Source of the DNA: a virus
IMG/VR virus record: IMGVR_UViG_3300021389_000012
Span: 1 to 64,000 of that record
Direction: 5' to 3' (one strand)
DNA: 64,000 nucleotides
Shown piece by piece: positions 56,319-64,000 of the stretch. Each line of letters starts with the position of its first letter. Position 1 is the first letter of the stretch. The notes under the pieces are model-generated. The model worked only from the letters and a program-made list of their open reading frames with translations. It had not been told where the DNA came from and made no database searches. The position numbers and the translations under genes are program-made.

Positions 56319-56813
56319 ATGAAAAAACTATTTTCACAATACTTAAACGAATCAAAAAAATCGTGGAAGTTTAGTATTAAAACAATACACGATTTAACTG
56401 ATGATCAATGTGATCGCATAGAGAAGCACCTCGGAAAATACGACTCTAAAGGACTCGGTGCTGCAAAGAAAACAATACTACAAAGTGCACCACGTGATTT
56501 TCCAAATCATAAAGGATACGAAGTTTTTATACATGAATTTGAATGTGATAGAATTGCTAGCGGTTGGCAAGTACAAAATGACATTCGTAATATGCTTGGT
56601 TTAGCAGACGGCGTACTTAAAGTAATAGGCGAACATGAACCAGATGATTTAATTCCACCTATGAGCGAACGTGTTGAAAGCGTTCTAGCTGATAAAGATT
56701 ACAAAGATGCAGAAAAAGTAAATGCATCAGATCATTACGGTGACGAGTATAACTCCAGTTTCATTAAAGAATTAATGAAAGTAAAAAAAGAAAAGGAAAA
56801 AGGCAATGAGTGA
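56319..56813 (+). CDS. Putative head structural/internal protein
   Basis: FSQYLNES N-terminus (LxE site); late promoter at 56290. Confidence 0.55.
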   Translation: MKKLFSQYLNESKKSWKFSIKTIHDLTDDQCDRIEKHLGKYDSKGLGAAKKTILQSAPRDFPNHKGYEVFIHEFECDRIASGWQVQNDIRNMLGLADGVLKVIGEHEPDDLIPPMSERVESVLADKDYKDAEKVNASDHYGDEYNSSFIKELMKVKKEKEKGNE

Positions 56814-58374
56814 TTTAGACAGAATATTAAAACTTGCTAGCCACGGCACAGCAGATGCTCAAAGCCAGGCTCCAGCAGAAAGAGAATTAAAAGAAGCACC
56901 AGGTAGAGAATTAAAACCACATGCCAAATTGGCATTAGAAGATTGGTGTAAAAGATGGTCCAAGTACAAAGGAATGAATGGTGATCCATTACCAATGGGA
57001 ATGGTACTAGCTAAAGTAGATGCAGGTATTACAACAGACGGAATTGAAGCAGGCGAAGCCGATAAAGCAATGGAAATTATATATCCAGGCAAAGGCGCTG
57101 AAATGAAAAGCGACATGAACGACGGTGATTCTCATGCACATGATGTTGATTGGGGTGATTATGAAATTCAAAAGCACTTGCCAATTACAAATAAAATGCA
57201 AGATGAATTTATAGCTATTATGGGCAACGATGACGAATCAACAATGCAAGGTGTTTATGATATTGTTAAAAATGCATGTATGGAAACAACACAAGAAGCA
57301 GTTGGTGAATTTGCAGATCCAATTTTAGATTTATGTGATGAATTAGAATGTGATTCAGATCATCCAGTACTTGGCGAATTAATTCGTTATTTAGATGGCG
57401 ATACAATTAAAGATTTTGTAGCAGACTTCCGTAGACACAACGATATGAATGGTGACATGGATGAAGCACAGCAATTAAACGCATCAGACTATCATTGTAG
57501 TGACTGTGGTGACACAATGCATAAACCAACTACAGATTGTTCAAATGATCCACATGATGAAACAGGTAGTTGGTGGGTTGACAAAGACGGCAATGGTGTT
57601 CCAGATTCATTAGAAGAAGCTCCAAATGAAGGCAATGAATTCTCAGGCGAATTAGCAAAAGCTAAAGCATCTGGTAAAAAAGAATTTGAAGTTGACGGCA
57701 AAAAATACAAAGTAGAATCTGAAGAAGCAGTAACTGAAGGCGATGTTCCTGAATATGCATGTATTAACACTGAAACAGGTGCTTTTGGATATTGTGACAA
57801 AGACGAACTTCACAACTTTACACACATGATGCCATCAAGTGAATTTACATATTTTGAACCACAAGATAATAACTTCCAAGGCATGGATGACGAAATGGCT
57901 GACCAAGAAGGTTGGACAAAAATTGCATCAATGGAATCTGATACGAACAGATTAAAAGAACTATCTGGAATTAGAGAAGCACAAAGTCAAGCACAAAAAG
58001 ACGCATTTGCAAAAATGTTAGCTTCTAAAAAAGGTGCTAAAAAAGATGACAAAGCTGATGAAGTTGAAGAAACTAACAAAGAAGAATTAGAGGAGTCTCC
58101 AACTATGGATACAACACAATTAATTAACTTAATGAAAAATTCAGGTTTAAGCGAAGAGAAAATTAAAACAAAATTAGACGAATGGGCAAACACACCAGCC
58201 GGTGCAGCAGAAGAAGAAGCTACATCACATGGTGAACCATACGAAAACTTTGCACAAAGCGTTAACCTAAGTTTAAAAAGATATTTAGATGCAGAAGATA
58301 TGAAAGTAGGCTTAAAAGAACATAAAGTTGAAGATATCAAAGAAGCATATAAGAAATCTAAAGGGGAAAAGTAA
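56806..58374 (+). CDS. Modular acidic putative internal head protein
   Basis: Modules separated by LKEA/LEEA/VTEG/IREA/LEES; contains RLKELSGIRE. Confidence 0.55.
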   Translation: MSDLDRILKLASHGTADAQSQAPAERELKEAPGRELKPHAKLALEDWCKRWSKYKGMNGDPLPMGMVLAKVDAGITTDGIEAGEADKAMEIIYPGKGAEMKSDMNDGDSHAHDVDWGDYEIQKHLPITNKMQDEFIAIMGNDDESTMQGVYDIVKNACMETTQEAVGEFADPILDLCDELECDSDHPVLGELIRYLDGDTIKDFVADFRRHNDMNGDMDEAQQLNASDYHCSDCGDTMHKPTTDCSNDPHDETGSWWVDKDGNGVPDSLEEAPNEGNEFSGELAKAKASGKKEFEVDGKKYKVESEEAVTEGDVPEYACINTETGAFGYCDKDELHNFTHMMPSSEFTYFEPQDNNFQGMDDEMADQEGWTKIASMESDTNRLKELSGIREAQSQAQKDAFAKMLASKKGAKKDDKADEVEETNKEELEESPTMDTTQLINLMKNSGLSEEKIKTKLDEWANTPAGAAEEEATSHGEPYENFAQSVNLSLKRYLDAEDMKVGLKEHKVEDIKEAYKKSKGEK

Positions 58375-59054
58375 TGCATAACGAAGAAATACGCAGATTA
58401 AAAGAACTTTCAGGTATTAAAGAAGAAGCTAAAAGTTCAGAAGTCTTCCAAATAATGAAAAAATCATTATTAAGACACAAGTGGTATCTTGAGAATGAAG
58501 AAATGGATCCAAACATGGTTTCATCAGAATTACGTGATGTTAACAATATGATTGACGCTGTTGATCAGGGCGAACATGAACCTTATTTTGATACAGCAGT
58601 AAACGATGATTACAGATATTTAATGAAAAACGTTGTTGACAAGTTAAAAGGCGAAAAGACTTCTATATATGGAGTAGACAATGACGTTCTGTCACCAAAT
58701 GCAAAACCTAATCCAAATTCAGCATATAATTCAGGTGAAGTAGAAAAAGCTGATGCTGAGGAAGACGCTTTAAATCCTACTGAATCAGAATTACGCAGAT
58801 TAAAAGAACTATCTGGAATTAAAGAAGCTCCAATCAAAGAGAATTTTGTAGACGATATGCCTTATGGATTACTTGATGGTATGACATTCACAGATGGCGA
58901 TGCAGACTATGATTATAGAGGTGCTCCAATGAATAATGGTGAAGTTGATTGGCCAGAAATTAACGAGTGGCATTTAGATGCAGATGGCAATGTAAAGCCA
59001 GAAGCAACAATAAAACCAGAAGATTTTGAAGTAAGCGATCTTGTTCCATTTTAA
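58374..59054 (+). CDS. Acidic putative internal head protein with two RRLKELSGIKE motifs
   Basis: Motif at N-terminus and internally. Confidence 0.55.
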   Translation: MHNEEIRRLKELSGIKEEAKSSEVFQIMKKSLLRHKWYLENEEMDPNMVSSELRDVNNMIDAVDQGEHEPYFDTAVNDDYRYLMKNVVDKLKGEKTSIYGVDNDVLSPNAKPNPNSAYNSGEVEKADAEEDALNPTESELRRLKELSGIKEAPIKENFVDDMPYGLLDGMTFTDGDADYDYRGAPMNNGEVDWPEINEWHLDADGNVKPEATIKPEDFEVSDLVPF

Positions 59055-59093
59055 AAAATTTAAAAAGTTCACGTTTCCTCCCAGGTGAAAATT

Positions 59094-59128
59094 AAAGCGG
59101 TGTAGTTAATTAACTACGCCGTTTTTTC
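59094..59128 (+). terminator. Rho-independent terminator
   Basis: aaagcggtgtagtt...aactacgccgtttttt. Confidence 0.8.
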
Positions 59129-59143
59129 TTTATAAATAGTAAT

Positions 59144-59836
59144 ATGAAAAGACCTATTGAAACATATACAGATAGTTTTGGTCAAACTATACATTTTACT
59201 GTACCAGAACCACATAAACAGATTTGCATTAACATCTCAGGTGGAGCCGATAGTGCTATACTGTTATGGATGTTAATACAATACTGTGAAAAACATATAC
59301 CAGATGCTGAACTACATGTTATAACATCAGCTAATCCTATTAAGGGCTGGTACAATGCTAAATGGAGTACTAGTGTACTCGATAAAGTACTCCATCTCAC
59401 AGGAACTAAATTAATTAAAAGCCATTATACATTTTATAGTACAGATCAAATTAGATCAGAACTAGATGAGGTAGAAAAAATGCAACAAGATTTACATGGA
59501 ATAACATTTACTTTACATGGAACTACACAAAATCCTCCAATGGAAATAGTTGAATTATTAGAAGGTCGTTATGAACCACGTGATGCAGGACATGGTAGAA
59601 TGATAATTAGAGAATATGTACCAGGAATAACACGTTGGACACCATTAATGGAAGTAGATAAACGTATGGTAGCATATTTGTATAAACATTTTGATATGAT
59701 GGAAATTTTATTTCCATATACTAGAAGTTGTGAACAAGAGGCACGACACAACAAAGATGAACCAGACTGGATGATAACACACTGTGGCGAATGCTGGTGG
59801 TGTAAAGAACGTCACTGGGCATTTGGGAGACACTAA
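59144..59836 (+). CDS. QueC-like PP-loop ATPase
   Basis: NISGGADSAILL PP-loop; TRSC...HCGECWWCKER zinc site. Confidence 0.7.
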   Translation: MKRPIETYTDSFGQTIHFTVPEPHKQICINISGGADSAILLWMLIQYCEKHIPDAELHVITSANPIKGWYNAKWSTSVLDKVLHLTGTKLIKSHYTFYSTDQIRSELDEVEKMQQDLHGITFTLHGTTQNPPMEIVELLEGRYEPRDAGHGRMIIREYVPGITRWTPLMEVDKRMVAYLYKHFDMMEILFPYTRSCEQEARHNKDEPDWMITHCGECWWCKERHWAFGRH

Positions 59837-61392
59837 TGGCAGTAGATACAAAATTAACTAAAACCCCATATAGAAAAGAAAAATATACAGAAGAGCAGTT
59901 ATTAGAACTTGCTTTATGTACACAAGACCCTAAACACTTTATGAAGGAACACTGTTTTATTCAGCATCCTACACAAGGTCGTATGAAATTTGCATTATAT
60001 GATTTCCAAGAAGAACTAGTAGATGTATATCACAATAATAGATACAGTATTAGTATGCTTGCACGACAAACAGGTAAAAGTACTTGTGCGGCAGGATACT
60101 TGTTATGGTATGCAATGTTTAATCCAGACCAAACTATTCTTATAGCGGCACACAAGTATAGTGGTGCTAGTGAAATTATGCAACGTATACGTTTTGCGTA
60201 CGAAACATTACCGGATTATATAAGAGCTGGTGTTACTGCATATAACAAAGGATCGTTGGAATTTGATAACGGTTCACGTATTGTAGCACAGTCAACAACA
60301 GAAAATACTGGACGTGGTTTGAGTATATCATTAGCATACTTAGACGAGTTTGCATTTGTGCGTCCAAACATAGCTAAAGAATTTTGGACTTCACTGTCCC
60401 CTACACTAGCAACAGGTGGTAAGTGTATTATTACATCAACACCAAATATGGACGATGACCAATTTGCACAAATTTGGAGAGATGCACAAAAGAATCAAGA
60501 CGAATTTGGTAATGCAACAAACGAGGGTATTAATGGATTTGCACATTATCTTGCTACATGGGAAGTACACCCAGACAGAGATCAAGAATGGGCAGATATA
60601 GAACAAGGTAAAATTGGTGAAGAACGATTTAGACGTGAACACAAATGTGAGTTTATTGCATTTGATGAAACACTAATTGATAGTATTAAACTTAGTAATA
60701 TGGAAGCACGTGATCCATACGCTATATCAGGACAAGTACGCTGGTATGCACCAGTTGCCAAGGGCAAATTATATATGATAGCATTAGATCCTAGTTTAGG
60801 TACAGGAGGAGACAATAGTGCTATACAAGTGTATAGTATGCCAGGAATGAAACAAGTAGCAGAATGGATGCACAATAGAACAACAGTTCAAGGGCAGATA
60901 AAAATTTTGCGAGAAATAGCACAGTTTATAGAAAGCGAAACAAATGGTGATTGTGAAATATATTACAGTATGGAAAACAATACATTAGGTGAAGCAGCAC
61001 TAGTTGTTGTAGAAGAAACAGGCGAAGAAAACTTTCCAGGTACATTTTTAAGTGAAACAAGACAACATGGTAATGCTAAACGTTATAGACGAGGCTTTAC
61101 AACTACACACAAAAGTAAAATTAGTGCATGTAGTAAACTAAAATACTGGGTAGAAACAGAGAAACTAGAAATAGCAAGTAAGCCATTGCTAAGAGAATTA
61201 AAAACATTTATTGCACGTGGTAATAGTTATGCAGCCAAAGACGGCGAACACGATGACCTTGTAATGGCAGTCAATTTAATAGTGCGTATGAGTTTAGAAG
61301 TATCTAAGTATGAAGAAGACGCTTTTGACTATTTAAACGATGATTTTGAAGATGGTGATGGCATGGAGCCAATGCCGTTTAGTCTAATATAA
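59836..61392 (+). CDS. gp17: Terminase large subunit gp17
   Basis: LARQTGKST, YLDEFAFV, ITSTPN, FRREHKCEF, ALDPSLG, HDDLVMA. Confidence 0.95.
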   Translation: MAVDTKLTKTPYRKEKYTEEQLLELALCTQDPKHFMKEHCFIQHPTQGRMKFALYDFQEELVDVYHNNRYSISMLARQTGKSTCAAGYLLWYAMFNPDQTILIAAHKYSGASEIMQRIRFAYETLPDYIRAGVTAYNKGSLEFDNGSRIVAQSTTENTGRGLSISLAYLDEFAFVRPNIAKEFWTSLSPTLATGGKCIITSTPNMDDDQFAQIWRDAQKNQDEFGNATNEGINGFAHYLATWEVHPDRDQEWADIEQGKIGEERFRREHKCEFIAFDETLIDSIKLSNMEARDPYAISGQVRWYAPVAKGKLYMIALDPSLGTGGDNSAIQVYSMPGMKQVAEWMHNRTTVQGQIKILREIAQFIESETNGDCEIYYSMENNTLGEAALVVVEETGEENFPGTFLSETRQHGNAKRYRRGFTTTHKSKISACSKLKYWVETEKLEIASKPLLRELKTFIARGNSYAAKDGEHDDLVMAVNLIVRMSLEVSKYEEDAFDYLNDDFEDGDGMEPMPFSLI

Positions 61393-61404
61393 GAGAAAAA
61401 TAAA

Positions 61405-62439
61405 ATGAACAATAAATATAAATCTTGGTGTAAATGGGATCCATTAAAAACAGTTATGATTGGAAGATCATATTATCCAGAATATTATAGAGATATAAAA
61501 AATGCTAAAGTAAAAGACTGCTTAGTTAGAATAGCAGAAGAAACTGAAGAAGATTTTAAAAATTATGAAAAAGTTTTAAAACAATTTGGTTGCGAAGTTA
61601 TTAGACCAGAACTAGATATAGATGAAAATTTAGCAGAATATATTGAACAACATGAAAGACAGCATAAAAAGTTTACGAGACCACCAGCTCAACCAAGAGA
61701 TGGACAACAGGTTATGGGCGAAGAAATGCTTTACTCAATGAGAGATCATCCTAGCATAAAGGCAGCTTTAGATAATTATAATTCAGTTGATTCGTTTGAT
61801 TTAACAGAAGCAATTACAAAACCTGGCGAAATGAGAAGCCACTTTTTTGATGCACCTGGAGTAACATGTGTTGGAAATAGAGTTTACGTTGATAAAAAAG
61901 AAGTACCAACAGACGTCATTGATATATTAACAGAAAGATATCCAGAAAGAGAATTTATATTTGTAAAAATAGGTGGACACAATGATGGGTGCTTTCATAC
62001 ATTAAAACCTGGAGCAATATTATCTTTAGAAAGATATACACAATATGAAGAAACATTTCCTGGGTGGGATGTATGTTATCTTCCTAATCAGTCTTGGTCG
62101 CTAGTACGTGACTTTACAGATCTAAAGAAGAAAAATAGTGGAAAATGGTGGCTAGCAGGAGAAGAAAAAAATAATAATTTTACTGACTTTGTAGAAACAT
62201 GGTTAACAGATTGGGTAGGATATTGTGAAGAAAGTGTATTTGACGTTAATGTACTGATGCTAGATGATAAGCATGTATGTGTAAATGGCTATAATAAGAC
62301 TGTATTTGATTTTTTAAAGAAACATGATATAGAACCAATTATTGTTCCGTTTAGGCATAGATTTTTTTGGGACGGTGGATTGCATTGTGTTTCTTTGGAC
62401 TTATATCGAGAAGGCGACATGCAAAACTACTTTAAATAA
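61405..62439 (+). CDS. Amidinotransferase family (glycine amidinotransferase/StrB1-like)
   Basis: WDPLKTVMIG, QPRD, GHNDG, FDVNVL, PFRHRFFWDGGLHC (catalytic Asp/His/Cys). Confidence 0.82.
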   Translation: MNNKYKSWCKWDPLKTVMIGRSYYPEYYRDIKNAKVKDCLVRIAEETEEDFKNYEKVLKQFGCEVIRPELDIDENLAEYIEQHERQHKKFTRPPAQPRDGQQVMGEEMLYSMRDHPSIKAALDNYNSVDSFDLTEAITKPGEMRSHFFDAPGVTCVGNRVYVDKKEVPTDVIDILTERYPEREFIFVKIGGHNDGCFHTLKPGAILSLERYTQYEETFPGWDVCYLPNQSWSLVRDFTDLKKKNSGKWWLAGEEKNNNFTDFVETWLTDWVGYCEESVFDVNVLMLDDKHVCVNGYNKTVFDFLKKHDIEPIIVPFRHRFFWDGGLHCVSLDLYREGDMQNYFK

Positions 62440-62487
62440 TAACATTTTGAATGTTTATTGATAAATACATTAAAGGAATACTATACA

Positions 62488-64000
62488 ATGCAACTATCAC
62501 AAGAGATTTTTAACATCCTAAAGGGTGCAAACATTAAATTAAAATTGTTTGATCCAATGGGAAATAAAACATTAGATCCTGAAATATCAGCGAGATTTTA
62601 CGCATATGATAATGATTTTCTTGTCACTATTAGAGAAGAAGAAGATGGAGTTGAACTAGTTGTACAAGCAGGAGCTAGTTTCAATTTTAATGAACACAAA
62701 GATTTATTGAATAGTATTAAAAAAGCAGGACACAACGCTATGGCAGAATATAACATTAGAAAATTTGATAAGAATATTGAATTAAAAGACTTCGCTCACG
62801 ATGTAGTAAAAGAAGATGAGCGTACTGAAAAGGCAATGAAAGACATGCAACCAAGCGCCGTTACAGGCTATTACGAGATCACAGACTTCTGGAAAGAACA
62901 CACGCAGATGTGGGACAAAAGTGTCGACGAAGTGATGCAAATGATTTATGAGTGGACTTGGATTGAAATGACAACAGCCACTCGAGACAGAGATGAATTA
63001 GCAAAACGTACATTAGCAATAGTAGTTGACGCATTGAGGAACAAAAAAGACGATATGACATTTGATGATATGATTGCTCAGTTGGAATCAAAAAATGAAG
63101 AAATACGCAGATTAAAAGAACTATCTGGAATTAAAGAAGCAGATAGAAGTGATGTTACACATGCTCAACTTTTACCTCACATTAAAAACGTTAAAGCAGC
63201 AATGATAAGACACGCTCAAGAAGATCCTAGCGAAGCAAATGAATTTATTGAACATCTTGATGATATGATGCAGGTTGGCGATGTAGAGGTTGTAGACATG
63301 ATGCAACCAGACTATATGGATACTGAAGCAAGAGATAGCCTAATAGGGTATTTTAAAGTTTCAATATCACAAGATCCTACATTATATAACATGTTATTCC
63401 CAGGTGAAGATATTAAGTGGGACCAAAGCGAATACAAAGACATGTTTGAATCAATGAACGAAGGCGGAAATTCAGTAGAGGCATTTATGGCACATGTAGT
63501 TGATCATGCTAAAGAAATTCAAGCAGATAACTATAGAATGACTGATAGTTCATATTACGAATTCACAGATGAAATAGATACAGATGATGAAGAATTTATG
63601 AGTATGCCACAAGTGCAAGCTATATTAAAAGCAATACCACATGTGGATATGGAAAACACAGATATTAAACATGCAATTGATGTTTTAGCATCAGGCGAAT
63701 TACTTGAAGCAGAAACTGAATCATATTCACCAGGTGATGAGTATGCTGATTCAGAAGGCATGGTAAGTAATTGCTGTGGTGCTCCTATGTATGATTATGA
63801 TGATGGACATGGTAGATGTAGCGATTGTCACGATATGGCAGCCGGTGAAACTGATGAAGAATTTTATGAAAATACATACGATACTAAAGATTTTGAAGTA
63901 AATCCTAGAGCAGGTCACAGAGACCAAATGGCACACCCAGAAAATCAAATGGGCACAGGTCCAGGAATTAAAACTAAGCCAAAGTTGCGTCCAAAAAACT
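62488..64000 (+). CDS. Large modular putative head/internal protein (runs off window; not in ORF track)
   Basis: Late promoter at 62461, AAGGA SD; MQLSQEIFNILKGANIKLKLFDPMGNKTLDPEISARF... apparently open to the window end; contains EEIRRLKELSGIKEA. Confidence 0.75.
   Translation, partial: MQLSQEIFNILKGANIKLKLFDPMGNKTLDPEISARFYAYDNDFLVTIREEEDGVELVVQAGASFNFNEHKDLLNSIKKAGHNAMAEYNIRKFDKNIELKDFAHDVVKEDERTEKAMKDMQPSAVTGYYEITDFWKEHTQMWDKSVDEVMQMIYEWTWIEMTTATRDRDELAKRTLAIVVDALRNKKDDMTFDDMIAQLESKNEEIRRLKELSGIKEADRSDVTHAQLLPHIKNVKAAMIRHAQEDPSEANEFIEHLDDMMQVGDVEVVDMMQPDYMDTEARDSLIGYFKVSISQDPTLYNMLFPGEDIKWDQSEYKDMFESMNEGGNSVEAFMAHVVDHAKEIQADNYRMTDSSYYEFTDEIDTDDEEFMSMPQVQAILKAIPHVDMENTDIKHAIDVLASGELLEAETESYSPGDEYADSEGMVSNCCGAPMYDYDDGHGRCSDCHDMAAGETDEEFYENTYDTKDFEVNPRAGHRDQMAHPENQMGTGPGIKTKPKLRPKN

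Larger units (their letters stand above)
57948..63140 (+). repeat. Dispersed ~35-45-nt coding repeat, four copies (57948-57980, 58383-58425, 58792-58828, 63097-63140)
   Basis: 58792-58828 and 63104-63140 are identical over 37 nt (tacgcagattaaaagaactatctggaattaaagaagc). Confidence 0.9.

Noticed and set aside
59836-61392. Intein or intron in terminase, portal, gp46 or MCP
   Set aside because: All are normal length with continuous motifs
57948-63140. CRISPR-like array of ~37-nt repeats
   Set aside because: Repeats are in-frame coding, spaced by hundreds to thousands of nt, with no cas genes
1-64000. Stop-codon reassignment as seen in some jumbo phages
   Set aside because: Standard code gives full-length core genes with dense packing; TAA, TAG and TGA all act as stops

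Overview
The window is part of the genome of a large, AT-rich, T4-related myovirus (contractile-tailed, probably jumbo-sized). It carries most of the virion morphogenesis module: baseplate (gp6/25/5/27/53/48/26-like), two tape-measure-like paralogues, portal, prohead protease, scaffold, major capsid protein, six fibre-like genes (three with C-terminal S74 chaperone domains), neck proteins, sheath, tube, head-completion nuclease and both terminase subunits. It also encodes the gp55 late sigma factor, gp46/gp47 nuclease, dNMP kinase, free-standing HNH and GIY-YIG nucleases, and accessory proteins (SbmA/BacA transporter, glycosyltransferases, NUDIX, 2OG-Fe hydroxylase, QueC-like, amidinotransferase, HxGH nucleotidyltransferase). 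Two promoter classes are readable: sigma70-like (often AAAGGTTGAC-N17-TAnnnT) and T4-late-like (ATAAATA). The most interesting signals are not in the ORF track. (1) A ~300-nt nested, highly paired RNA with its own promoter directly behind the GIY-YIG gene. (2) A glutamine (glnA-type) riboswitch in front of an unannotated 50-aa basic peptide just after the capsid gene. (3) A separate ~217-nt promoter-to-terminator ncRNA. (4) A probable -1 programmed frameshift in the gp26-like gene, resembling lambda G/GT. (5) A near-identical DNA cassette encoding RRLKELSGIKE shared by three putative internal head proteins and resembling the scaffold C-terminus. All assignments come from reading motifs by eye; no searches or folding programs were run.
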